DNA of 64,000 nt from an uncultured Gemmatimonadales bacterium (lineage in GTDB: Bacteria; Gemmatimonadota; Gemmatimonadetes; Gemmatimonadales; GWC2-71-9). Below are positions 9,854 to 18,862 of this stretch, one piece after another. A program made the position numbers and the translations under genes. How positions within the stretch are numbered: the first letter of the stretch is position 1; every line of letters begins with the position of its first letter. Location of the stretch: the NCBI GenBank assembly GCA_963730185.1, contig CAVSQW010000012.1, forward strand, positions 288,001 through 352,000, read 5' to 3'. The notes under the pieces were generated by a model. It was not told the origin of the DNA. It did no database searches and saw only the letters and a program-made list of their open reading frames with translations.

Positions 9854-11029
9854 ATGGCCCACCCACCCAAGCTGGTCCCGGTCCCCCCGACCACGGGGGG
9901 CGAGGTCACGGTCGACCGCTCGCCCTTCTGGATCGGCTCGGCCTCGAGTGCGGCGCTCCGAGTGTTCCTGCCCTCCGTGGCGGAGCGACACGCCTCGATT
10001 CAAGAGCGGGAGGACGGTTACTACCTCTCGGCCCATCCCGGCGCCACCCCACCCAGGGTGAACGGGAGGCCGATCGCGGGTCCGGTGCGCCTGGAGGACG
10101 CGGCGGTCGTCGAGCTGGGCCCCACCGCCAAGTGGGAGTTCGTGACCGGCGCGCCGAGAATCCAGCCGGAGCCCGAGCCGGAGCCCGAGCCCGTCTACGA
10201 CGGATCGCCCGCACCCCGCGGCTGGGCCCGGAAGCGGCGGACCCGGTCGAGGCAGGTCGGCTTTCCCCTGTGGGCCATCGCGGTCGTGATCCTGATCGTC
10301 GGCGCCGTGGGCTACGGCGGCTACATGCTCTACCAGATGTTCAACTCGGTCCAAGGCGAGACCCGCGGGCCGCCGCCGCTCACCGAAGTCGAGGGCCGGC
10401 TCTACGACAGCCTGATGGTCGAAGCCACCAAGGACATCGAGCGAGGGTCCACGCTCCTCGACCTGGGCCTCCAGGACGCGGCGCTGACCCAGTTCACCAG
10501 CGCGATCGCCCTGTTCGAAACCAGCATTCTGGCCCGGAACGAGTGGGTCCGTCCCAGCATCGAGGCGCTGGTCGAGACGGTCCGGCGGATCTATCAGACC
10601 GACCGGGTCAACGTCCCGAACGCCCTGCCCGAGGCCCGCGGCAAGATCGCCGATCTGAGCCGAACCATGAGTGCGGCGCTGAGCCCCGATCAATTCAAGA
10701 CCGCGGTGGAGGTGGTCCAGCAGGCGTTCGACTCCAAGTTCGGGACGAAGTTCGTGGTGACCGGCGCCGACCATCCGGAGCACCTGTCGCTCTACGGGAA
10801 GGGCGGCGCGCTCGACATCCGGGTCAAAGACCTGACCCCGCCGGAAATCGACTTTCTGATCGAGAACTTCAAGGGAATCGGGATCCGGGTGAAGGACTTC
10901 TCCCGCGACGCCGTCCTCCAGGCGCAGATCCAGGCCGCTAAGGCACGCGGCTGGAGCGACCGGGCAGGAACCGGGCTCCATCTCCACATCGATCGGTTCC
11001 GGGATCGCCGGGACCGATGGACGGTGTGA
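9854..11029 (+). CDS. FHA domain - TM - helical - putative M15-like Zn-peptidase domain protein
   Basis: N-terminal FHA-like region (IGS...VAERHASI...VNG...LEDAAVVELG), one TM, and C-terminal HLSLYGKGGALDI...HLHID. Confidence 0.7.
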   Translation: MAHPPKLVPVPPTTGGEVTVDRSPFWIGSASSAALRVFLPSVAERHASIQEREDGYYLSAHPGATPPRVNGRPIAGPVRLEDAAVVELGPTAKWEFVTGAPRIQPEPEPEPEPVYDGSPAPRGWARKRRTRSRQVGFPLWAIAVVILIVGAVGYGGYMLYQMFNSVQGETRGPPPLTEVEGRLYDSLMVEATKDIERGSTLLDLGLQDAALTQFTSAIALFETSILARNEWVRPSIEALVETVRRIYQTDRVNVPNALPEARGKIADLSRTMSAALSPDQFKTAVEVVQQAFDSKFGTKFVVTGADHPEHLSLYGKGGALDIRVKDLTPPEIDFLIENFKGIGIRVKDFSRDAVLQAQIQAAKARGWSDRAGTGLHLHIDRFRDRRDRWTV

Positions 11030-11130
11030 GGGGAGGGATGGAGGAGGGATGGGGAGGGATGGGGAGGATGGGGAGAGATGGGGAGAGATGGGGAGGGTGG
11101 GGGGGATGGGGGGAGGGGTTGCGCGAGGGG
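11027..11130 (+). repeat. G/A-rich degenerate tandem repeat (~GATGGGGAGR)
   Basis: About 9 imperfect ~10-nt units with many G3-G7 runs. Confidence 0.85.
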
Positions 11131-11134
11131 ATGT

Positions 11135-11170
11135 TTGTCTCCATTGTAGTCAGTGACTACAATGGAGACA
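11135..11170 (+). promoter_or_regulatory. padR promoter with perfect 17-bp inverted-repeat operator
   Basis: TGTCTCCATTGTAGTCA-G-TGACTACAATGGAGACA (11136-11170). Contains TTGTCT-17-TACAAT and the GGAGA RBS. Confidence 0.8.
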
Positions 11171-11172
11171 CC

Positions 11173-11499
11173 ATGCCGACCCCGGTCTTTCTCGGCGAAT
11201 TCGAACAGTTCGTCCTCCTCGCCCTGCTCCGACTCGGCGACCGCCCCACCGCCATCGAGATCCGGGCCGAGCTCTCCGCGATCGCCGGCCGCCCGGTCGC
11301 GCGGGGAGCGCTCTACCGTACCCTCGACCGACTCGAAGCGAAGGGCTATGTCCGCTGGCGGATCGAGCCGGGCGACGCCAACCGGGCGGGGCAGCCGAAG
11401 CGGCGGTTCGAGGCGACGCCCCTGGCGGTCGGGACGCTGAAGGCGGCCCGCCGCACGCTCGAGGGACTCTGGGCCAGCGTGGAAGGGGTGCTCGGATGA
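11173..11499 (+). CDS. PadR family transcriptional regulator
   Basis: LGEFEQFVLLALLRL and GALYRTLDRLEAKGYV motifs. Confidence 0.92.
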   Translation: MPTPVFLGEFEQFVLLALLRLGDRPTAIEIRAELSAIAGRPVARGALYRTLDRLEAKGYVRWRIEPGDANRAGQPKRRFEATPLAVGTLKAARRTLEGLWASVEGVLG

Positions 11500-14096
11500 G
11501 CGCCCGGCCGCCGGTCCTGGCCCGGGCCTTCCTCTGGCTGACCCTGCCGAGCACGGTGGTCGGCGCGAGCATCGCGGGCGACCTGGAAGAGGAGTGGTCC
11601 GCGCGCCCGCGCGGCTGGGCCCGGGACGTCTGGTTCGCGGGTCAGGCGCTCGCGATCGGTCTTCGCTACCTACCCGCCGGCCGGCTCCGGGCCAACTGGG
11701 GCTCGGCCGGGTTGTTCAGGGACCTTCGAGCGGCCGTGAACGGCTGGCGCCGGTCGCCGCTCACCGTGAGCCTGGCGATCGGGGCGCTGGCGCTCGGGGT
11801 CGGCGCCAACACGGCGGTGTTCTCGGTGCTCCGCGGCGTGGTGCTCGCCCCCCTCCCCTACGACCACCCGGGCGACCTCTTCCGACTCTGGGACGGCACG
11901 GTGGTGAGCAAGGCGGTGTTCGACCGGAGCACCCGCGACGCCTCGGCCTTCACCGGACTATCAGCCGTCTACGAGACCCGCCAGACCATGGTGGACAACC
12001 GCGGCGAGCCGGAGTCGCTGCTCGGGCTCGCGGTCACGCCGTCGCACTTCACCGTGCTCGGTGTGCGACCGGCCCTGGGTCGCGACTTCCGCCCCGGCGA
12101 GTCCACTCCCGGCAACGATCGTCTGGTGATTCTCAGCGACGGGCTCTGGCGACGGCGGTTCGGCGCCGATCCCTCGGTGATCGGCCGGACCATCGAGCTC
12201 GGCGGCCAGCGGACCGTGATCGGGGTGATGGGGCGGCGGCACGAGCCTGTGATGGGCGGCATCACCTACTGGATTCCGATGGTGATGGACCGGTCGGACC
12301 TGGGCGATTGGGCCAACACCGCGCAACTCGGCGTCTACGGTCGGCGCCGGAGGGGCGTCTCGGCGGGCGCGGCGCAGGCCGACCTGACCCGGCTGGCCAC
12401 GCTGGTGCACGACGAGGCCCCGGTCGAGTACCCCGACGCCTGGGTCCGGGAGGCCCGCGCGACCCCGCTCCTGGCGTCGGTGGTCGGTCAGACCGGCCCC
12501 ACGCTCTGGGCGCTCCAGGGCGCCGTGCTGCTGGTCCTGCTCACCGGCATCGCGAACGTCACCAGCCTCCTCTTGGCCCGAGGCGCGGGACGCCGGACCG
12601 AGATCGCCGTGCGCTCGGCGCTGGGCGCGAGCCGGGGCCGGATCACGGCTCAGCTGGCAAGCGAGAGCGTGCTGGTCGGACTGGTGGCCGGCGCCGGCGG
12701 CCTCGCGATCGCGGTCGCGGCGCTCGGCGGCCTTCGCTCCGTCCTGCCCGGCGACACGCCTCGCCTCGAGGCGATCGGCCTCGATCCCGTGGTGGTGGCG
12801 TTCGCGATCGCGCTGTCGATCGGCGCCGGGCTCCTCTCGGGCATCGTCCCGGCCTTCCGTCTGTCGCACGACGGCACCAGCGGCATCGTGCGGGGCCGCC
12901 GGTCCACCGGGCACCGATCGGCCGCCCGGCTTCAGCTCGCCCTGGTGGCCGCGGAGATCGCGTTCGCCACCTTGCTCGCGACCGTGACCGCGCTGGTGCT
13001 CCAGAGCGGATGGAATGCGAACCGGGCGCCGCTCGGCTTCGAACCTCGCGCCGTGCTCACCCTCCGGCTCCGTCCGTCGGCCGCGAGGTATCCCACCGAC
13101 CGGGCCCGGGTCGCGTTCTTCGAGCAGGCGCTGGCGCGGGTTCGGGCTCTTCCCGGGGTTCGGTCCGCCGGGGCGGTGAGCCTGCTTCCGATGCAGACTA
13201 CCCAGCCACCGTCGACGGTCTATCGCCCGGTGGATCGCGACCCGGGCGCCGGGGGTCGGACCTTCGCGCAGATGAATCTCGCGTTTCCCGGAACGCTCGA
13301 GACGCTCGGCATCGGCCTGGTGCGGGGTCGGACGCTGGCGCCGACCGACCGGGACGACGCCCCGCCGGTGGTGGTGGTGAACGAAGCGCTGGCCCGGGCG
13401 GCCTGGGGCACCACCGACGTGGTTGGCAAGGAGCTCGAGCTCTTCGGCGGCGATACCCGCTACCAGGTGATCGGGGTCGCGGGGGATGTTCGAGTCGTGT
13501 CGCCCGAGACCCCCGCGGCGCCGGCGTTCTACGTGGCCTACCCGCAGGCGGCCTGGTGGCCGTCGCTCGCGATCGTCGCCCGAACCGAGACCGATCCGGG
13601 CGGATACGGCGCCGCGGCCAGGGCCGCGGTGTGGGAGGTCGACCCGACCACTCCGGTCGAGGTCGCTCCCCTTCGGTCGCTGGTCGCCGAGTCGCGGGCG
13701 AACGCCATCCTGGTCGGCCGGCTCCTGCTCCTGTTCGGGGGTCTGGCGCTGCTTCTCGGCCTGGTCGGCGTCTATGGCGTCGTGGCACACCTGGTCTCGG
13801 CCCGGCACCGGGAGCTCGGCATCCGGCTGGCGCTCGGGGCCCGGGGAAGCCGGATGATCGGCCAGGAGCTGGCTCGGGCCGCGGCCACCGCCGGCCTCGG
13901 GGTTCTGATCGGCCTGGGTGGGGCGGTGCTGGCCGGTCGGCTCTACGCGAAGGTCTTGTACCGGATCTCGCCGACCGACCCGCTCACGCTGGTCGGCGTG
14001 GCGGTGGCGCTGCTGGTGGTGGCGCTCGGCGCCGCCACCGGACCGGCGCGGCGGGCCGCCCGGATCGACCCGATGCAGGTCCTGCGGTCGGAGTAG
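11496..14096 (+). CDS. duplicated (ADOP-type) MacB/FtsX ABC permease
   Basis: IAGDLEEE prefix, GANTAVFS, two EIAVRSALGA/ELGIRLALGA repeats and ARIDPMQVLRSE end. Overlaps padR by 4 nt. Confidence 0.92.
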   Translation: MSARPPVLARAFLWLTLPSTVVGASIAGDLEEEWSARPRGWARDVWFAGQALAIGLRYLPAGRLRANWGSAGLFRDLRAAVNGWRRSPLTVSLAIGALALGVGANTAVFSVLRGVVLAPLPYDHPGDLFRLWDGTVVSKAVFDRSTRDASAFTGLSAVYETRQTMVDNRGEPESLLGLAVTPSHFTVLGVRPALGRDFRPGESTPGNDRLVILSDGLWRRRFGADPSVIGRTIELGGQRTVIGVMGRRHEPVMGGITYWIPMVMDRSDLGDWANTAQLGVYGRRRRGVSAGAAQADLTRLATLVHDEAPVEYPDAWVREARATPLLASVVGQTGPTLWALQGAVLLVLLTGIANVTSLLLARGAGRRTEIAVRSALGASRGRITAQLASESVLVGLVAGAGGLAIAVAALGGLRSVLPGDTPRLEAIGLDPVVVAFAIALSIGAGLLSGIVPAFRLSHDGTSGIVRGRRSTGHRSAARLQLALVAAEIAFATLLATVTALVLQSGWNANRAPLGFEPRAVLTLRLRPSAARYPTDRARVAFFEQALARVRALPGVRSAGAVSLLPMQTTQPPSTVYRPVDRDPGAGGRTFAQMNLAFPGTLETLGIGLVRGRTLAPTDRDDAPPVVVVNEALARAAWGTTDVVGKELELFGGDTRYQVIGVAGDVRVVSPETPAAPAFYVAYPQAAWWPSLAIVARTETDPGGYGAAARAAVWEVDPTTPVEVAPLRSLVAESRANAILVGRLLLLFGGLALLLGLVGVYGVVAHLVSARHRELGIRLALGARGSRMIGQELARAAATAGLGVLIGLGGAVLAGRLYAKVLYRISPTDPLTLVGVAVALLVVALGAATGPARRAARIDPMQVLRSE

Positions 14097-14102
14097 GTCG
14101 AG

Positions 14103-14933
14103 TCAGAAGGTCGCGATCAGGGTGGCGGCGGTCTCGGGCCGTCGGGCCGGGTCGGCGTCCAGAGCCCGGGTTACGAAATCCTCCAACGCCCGGGAGCCGG
14201 TCCAACGACGGGCCGCGAGCGGCACGGCCGGCTCCCCGGCGACGATCCGGGCCCGGTAGGCCGCGTCGGACTCGCCGGGGCCGAGGTCGTGAGGCAGGTG
14301 CCCCGTAAGGAGCTCGTACAGCGTGGCGCCGAGACCGTACAGGTCCACCGCCGGGGAAGCATCGATCGGGGCCGCCAGCAGCTCCGGCGCGGCGTAGCCC
14401 AACGTTCCCACCGCTTCCTCGACCCAGCCCAACGGCAGGCCCCGCGGGGGGTGCCCGGTCGCGGCCACCCCCAGGTCCGCCAGCCGGACCGATCCGTCGT
14501 CCATCACCAGGACGTTACTCGGCTTGACGTCCCGGTGAAGCACGCCATGCTCGTGGAGCCAGGACAGAGCCTCACTCAGCTGTTTCGCGATGGCGGTCAC
14601 CGCGGGCTCGGGGAGCGGCACCGCCGCCGCGTCGCGCCCCCGGGGGTGGAGCCGATCGCGGAGACTGCCGCCGCCGGCCCATTCCAGGACCGTGAGCGGC
14701 GGTTCGTCGACGGCGTCGAAGCAGCGAATCAGGGAATGCGACCCGCCCAGCCGGGTCAGGAGCTCGCGCTCCAGCCTGAAGCGGAAGACGGCTTCGGGGG
14801 CGTCGTCGCGGGGGTGGAACCGCTTGAGCGCTACGCGCCCGCCGTTCGGCGCGAGGGCGTCCCAGACTTCGGTCGTGCCGCGTCCGGAATCGAGCCGGCG
14901 GCGGAGCGTGTAGCCGGCGGTCGAGCCGGACAC
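14103..14933 (-). CDS. Ser/Thr protein kinase (catalytic domain only), last gene of the T6SS operon
   Basis: VALKR, HRDVKPSN, DLG, GTLGYAAPE and DLYGLG motifs. Confidence 0.9.
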   Translation of the reverse strand: MSGSTAGYTLRRRLDSGRGTTEVWDALAPNGGRVALKRFHPRDDAPEAVFRFRLERELLTRLGGSHSLIRCFDAVDEPPLTVLEWAGGGSLRDRLHPRGRDAAAVPLPEPAVTAIAKQLSEALSWLHEHGVLHRDVKPSNVLVMDDGSVRLADLGVAATGHPPRGLPLGWVEEAVGTLGYAAPELLAAPIDASPAVDLYGLGATLYELLTGHLPHDLGPGESDAAYRARIVAGEPAVPLAARRWTGSRALEDFVTRALDADPARRPETAATLIATF

Positions 14934-14943
14934 CAGGATCCGT

Positions 14944-16098
14944 TCAGGTGTGGAGGAACTTGAGCCGGGACACCTCGGCGACGGTGATCTCGTCGCCGTC
15001 GTCGAGCCGGTAGTGCTCGCCCCGCTTGACCGGCTTGCCGTTCAGCGCGGTGCCGTTCATGCTTGCGTCGACCAGGTAGTAGTCCCCTTCCTTGCGGAGC
15101 AGGGTGCAGTGGAAGCGCGACACGAGCGCGCCCGAGTCGCTCACCACCAGGTCGTTCTTCTCGTCCTCACCCGGCCCCTGCGCCGCGCCGATCTTGAAGA
15201 CGCCCTTCTCGCGGTCGATCGTCACCAGCTTGCCCCGGCCGATGCCGTCGACGATCTGGAGCACGGCGGCCCGCTTGGCGGCCAGCTCGTCGGCCTTGCG
15301 CTGGCGCTCCTCGCGGTACTTGGCGCCCCAGCGCACCACGAGCACCAGCCCCGCCGCCAGGATGATCAGCACCGGCACGATGTAGAGCGCCTGGCGCTTG
15401 AGGTCGTCCATCCGCTTCGAGCGCTGGAGCTCGGACATGAGGCTCTTGGCCTCGGGATGGTTGGGATCCTGCTGAAGGACGGCGCCGAGGTGCTGCTCGG
15501 CGCTGGCCCAGTTCTTCGCGTTGATGTCGGCCCGGGCGGCACCGAGATGCGAGCGCACCACCTCGGTGGACTGCTGATCCGCCTTGCCGGCCTCGAGCGC
15601 CCTCGATCGGGCGGTCTGGAGGTCGTTCTGGGCCTGCTGGAGCCGCTGCTGGGCGACCTGGTTCTGGGGGTCGCGGAACACCACCTGGAGCCAGCGTTGG
15701 ATCCGCTCGTTGATGTGGGCGGTGGTGGTGTCGTCGGCGACGTCGGCGGCGATGGCCTGCTGGATGGCCTGGTCGAGCGCGGCTTTCTCCTCCGGCGAGA
15801 GCGTCCCGGCCGCGGCAGCGCTGGGCATAATCTGGGCCGGTGGCGCCTGCAGCTTGAGCGCCGGGGCGGCCGAGTCGGCCTGCTTGGCGCCCGAGTCGGC
15901 CTTGGGGCCGGCGGTCGGGGCCTGGACCGCGGGCGAGGCGCCGGGCGCCGGCGCCTCGGCCGGCGGCTTCTGAGCGGCCGCCGGCTCCTTCTTCTTCTTC
16001 TTGAAGAACGGCAGCGGGATCTGGGCGCTGGCCTCGGGGGCCAGGGCCAGCGCGAGCACCAGGCCCAGGAGCGTTGCCCGTTTGGTCGTGGTGGTCAT
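14944..16098 (-). CDS. signal peptide - helical/TPR - TM - FHA domain protein
   Basis: Signal peptide ending ASAQ, TPR-like LQQDPNHPEAKSLM, one TM, and C-terminal FHA (VSRFHC...DASMNGT..NG...LDDGDEI). Confidence 0.88.
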   Translation of the reverse strand: MTTTTKRATLLGLVLALALAPEASAQIPLPFFKKKKKEPAAAQKPPAEAPAPGASPAVQAPTAGPKADSGAKQADSAAPALKLQAPPAQIMPSAAAAGTLSPEEKAALDQAIQQAIAADVADDTTTAHINERIQRWLQVVFRDPQNQVAQQRLQQAQNDLQTARSRALEAGKADQQSTEVVRSHLGAARADINAKNWASAEQHLGAVLQQDPNHPEAKSLMSELQRSKRMDDLKRQALYIVPVLIILAAGLVLVVRWGAKYREERQRKADELAAKRAAVLQIVDGIGRGKLVTIDREKGVFKIGAAQGPGEDEKNDLVVSDSGALVSRFHCTLLRKEGDYYLVDASMNGTALNGKPVKRGEHYRLDDGDEITVAEVSRLKFLHT

Positions 16099-18848
16099 GA
16101 GACCCCCTCCGGCTGACCTCCCTCGGCGGCGCCGGCAGCCGCGCCGGTGGCGGCGTCGGCAGCCGCGCCGGTGGCGGCGTCGGCAGCCGCGCCGGTGGCA
16201 GCGTCGGCGGCTGCCGCCGCTTCCGCCGCCGCCGCTTCACGCTCGGCTTTGAGGCGCGCGGCCTCGTCCTCGACTTCCTTCGGCTCGCCGGCCAGGAGCG
16301 CGATCTCCTCGCCGTCCGGCACCACGCGGACCGCCATGCCGGGCCCCACGTCGCCCGCGATGATGAGTCGCGAGAGCGGGCTCAGGATGTGGCGATCGAT
16401 GGTCCGCTCCACCGGCCGGGCACCATAGACCGGATCGTAGGCCAGCCGGGCCAGGAGCGCCACGGCCTCGTCGTCGGCGTCGAGGGTCGCCTTGTGCTGA
16501 TCGAACAGCTGCCCGGCCAGGCTCTTGAGGTGCATCCGGACGATGACCTCCAGGGTGTCCTGCCCGAGCTCGTTGAACGGGATGACGCCGGACAGCCGGT
16601 TGAAGAGCTCGGGGCGGAGCGAGTCCTGCACCACCTTGAGGATGATCTCCTTCCGCTGCTCCGCGTCCTGGGCGACCGCGTTGGCTTCCTTCACGCCGAG
16701 GTTCGAGGTCAGCAGCACGATGGTGTTGGTGAAGTCGCAGAACCGGCCCTTGGCGTCGGTCAGTCGGCCTTCGTCCAGCACGCCGAGCAGGATGTCGATC
16801 ACCTCGGGATGGCCCTTTTCGATCTCGTCGAAGAGCACCACCGAGTAGGGCGAGCGGCGGACCTGTTCGGTCAGGAAACCGCCCTGCTCCGAGCCCACCA
16901 ACCCTGGCCGGGAGCCGATCAGGCCCGACACCGACCCGGAGTCCTTGTACTCCGCCATGTCGATCCGGATCAGGGCGCTCTCGTCGTCGAACAGCGCTTC
17001 GGCCAGGCCTTTGGCCAGCTCCGTCTTACCGACGCCGGTCGGGCCCACGAACAGAAACGAGGCGGGCTTCCGCTTCTTCCGGAGGTCGGTCCGCATCCGG
17101 CGGGCCGCTTCGGCCAGCGCGTCGACGGCGTCCTGCTGGCCGATCACCCGATCGGCGAGGCGTTCCTCGAGCTTGAGAAGCCGCTCGCGTTCGCTCTCCA
17201 TCATCCGCGAGATGGGGATCCCCGCCCGTCGCGCCACCACGTCGGCGATGTCGGTGGGACGCACCTCCTGGGGCACGAGGGGTCCGGCCTCGTTGACCTT
17301 GGCCTGGCGCTTCTCGAGGTCGGCCTCCTGCTCCTTGAGGAACTTGAGCGCGCCGTAGCGGATCTCGGCCGCGGCCGCCACGTCGCCGGAGGCCTCGGCC
17401 TGGGCCAGCTCGGCGTCTTTCTCCTGGATGGCTTTCCGGGTCTCCGCGAGGCCGGTGGTGACCGCCCGCTCTTCGTTCCACCGTTCCAGGATGCCGGCCA
17501 GCTCCGACTCGGCCGCCTTGACCTCTGTGGCCACGGCCTTGGGGTCGCCCTCGCCGCCGCCCTTGATCGCCTCGAGCCTGGCTTTGAGCCGGACCAGGGC
17601 CCGTTCCTTCTCGTCGATCAGGTTGGGCTTGGACTCGAGCTGCATCCGGAGCCGGGCGGCGGCCTCGTCGAGGATGTCGAACGCCTTGTCCGGGAAGAAG
17701 CGGTCGCGGAGGTGGCGGCGGGCCAACTTGACGGTGGCCTGGAGCGCGTCCTCGGTGATCCGAACCCCGTGGTGGGTCTCGTACTTGCTCTTGACGCCCC
17801 GGAGCATGGCCAGGGTCATCTCATCGTCGGGCTCCTCGACCACGATCCGCTCGAAGCGGCGGGCCAGGGCGCCGTCCTTCTCGATCGACTCGCGATACTC
17901 GTCGAAGGTCGAGGCCCCGACGCACTTGATCTCGCCCCGGGAGAGGGCCGGCTTGAGGATGTTGGCGGCGTCCATCCCGCCGGCGTTGCCGCCGGCGCCG
18001 ACCAGCGTGTGGATCTCGTCGAGGAAGAGGATCACGTCGGGCTGATCCTTCACCTCGTCGGCCACCGCCTTGATCCGCTCCTCGAATTCGCCCCGGTACT
18101 TGGCGCCGGCCACGAGGCCGGTCAGGTCCAGGGCGAGGAGGCGCGCGGCCCGGAGCGACTCCGGCACGTCGCCGGCCACGATCCGGAGCGCCAGGGCCTC
18201 GACCACCGCGGTCTTGCCGGTGCCGGGGTCGCCCACCAGCACCGGGTTACTCTTGGTCCGCCGAAGCAGGGTCTGTACGACTGAGCGGATCTCGATGTCA
18301 CGCCCGATCACCGGCATCAGCTTGCCGTCACGCGCCGCCTGGGTCAGGTCGCGGGTGAATCGCTCGAGGGTGCTGCCGCCTTCGCCGGGCTGCTCCTCGG
18401 TGGGCTGCATCACCTCGGGCGAGTCGAGCGCGGCGCCGAGGCGGTCGGCGGCCCAACCGCTGTCGCGGAGCGCGGGACCGAGGTCTCCCTGATCCGACCC
18501 GAGCGCGGCGAGGGCGACTTCGATGGGGCCGATGGTGTGGCCGCCGCGCTGGTCGGCCTGGGCGGTGGCCCGGTCGAGCAGGTCGCGGAGAGTCCGGCCG
18601 GCCACCGGCTGGCGGCCCGGCTCGAGCTTGACCGAGTCGGGCCCATCGGGCAGCGACTCGACCCGCCGAGCGGTGGCCGCCGCGTCGACCCCGAGCTTCC
18701 CGGCCAGCCGGCCGAGACCGCCCTTGGGATCGAGGAGGGCCAGCAGCAGGTGCTTGGCCTGGATGAAGGCGGCGCCCTGGCGGGCGGCGAGCCGCCGCGA
18801 TTCCTCCAGGGCCGCCGTCAGATCCATCGAAAGTCGGTTCAAATCCAT
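16095..18848 (-). CDS. tssH: ClpB-like AAA+ ATPase, putative sheath-recycling TssH
   Basis: Clp N-domain, GDPGTGKT, LFLDEIH, GAKYRGEFEER, coiled-coil middle domain, GPTGVGKT and LFDEIEK. Embedded in the operon. Confidence 0.85.
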   Translation of the reverse strand: MDLNRLSMDLTAALEESRRLAARQGAAFIQAKHLLLALLDPKGGLGRLAGKLGVDAAATARRVESLPDGPDSVKLEPGRQPVAGRTLRDLLDRATAQADQRGGHTIGPIEVALAALGSDQGDLGPALRDSGWAADRLGAALDSPEVMQPTEEQPGEGGSTLERFTRDLTQAARDGKLMPVIGRDIEIRSVVQTLLRRTKSNPVLVGDPGTGKTAVVEALALRIVAGDVPESLRAARLLALDLTGLVAGAKYRGEFEERIKAVADEVKDQPDVILFLDEIHTLVGAGGNAGGMDAANILKPALSRGEIKCVGASTFDEYRESIEKDGALARRFERIVVEEPDDEMTLAMLRGVKSKYETHHGVRITEDALQATVKLARRHLRDRFFPDKAFDILDEAAARLRMQLESKPNLIDEKERALVRLKARLEAIKGGGEGDPKAVATEVKAAESELAGILERWNEERAVTTGLAETRKAIQEKDAELAQAEASGDVAAAAEIRYGALKFLKEQEADLEKRQAKVNEAGPLVPQEVRPTDIADVVARRAGIPISRMMESERERLLKLEERLADRVIGQQDAVDALAEAARRMRTDLRKKRKPASFLFVGPTGVGKTELAKGLAEALFDDESALIRIDMAEYKDSGSVSGLIGSRPGLVGSEQGGFLTEQVRRSPYSVVLFDEIEKGHPEVIDILLGVLDEGRLTDAKGRFCDFTNTIVLLTSNLGVKEANAVAQDAEQRKEIILKVVQDSLRPELFNRLSGVIPFNELGQDTLEVIVRMHLKSLAGQLFDQHKATLDADDEAVALLARLAYDPVYGARPVERTIDRHILSPLSRLIIAGDVGPGMAVRVVPDGEEIALLAGEPKEVEDEAARLKAEREAAAAEAAAAADAATGAAADAATGAAADAATGAAAGAAEGGQPEGVS
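16134..16205. repeat. 3 x 24-nt tandem repeat encoding (AAADAATG)n tail of the ATPase
   Basis: GGCAGCCGCGCCGGTGGCRGCGTC at 16134, 16158 and 16182. Confidence 0.9.
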
Positions 18849-18862
18849 GGAGTGGTCCCTGC

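Noticed and set aside
11027..11130. Possible CRISPR array (also considered for 16134-16205 and 43469-43684)
   Set aside because: The repeats are tandem with no unique spacers, two lie inside coding sequence, and no cas genes were seen.
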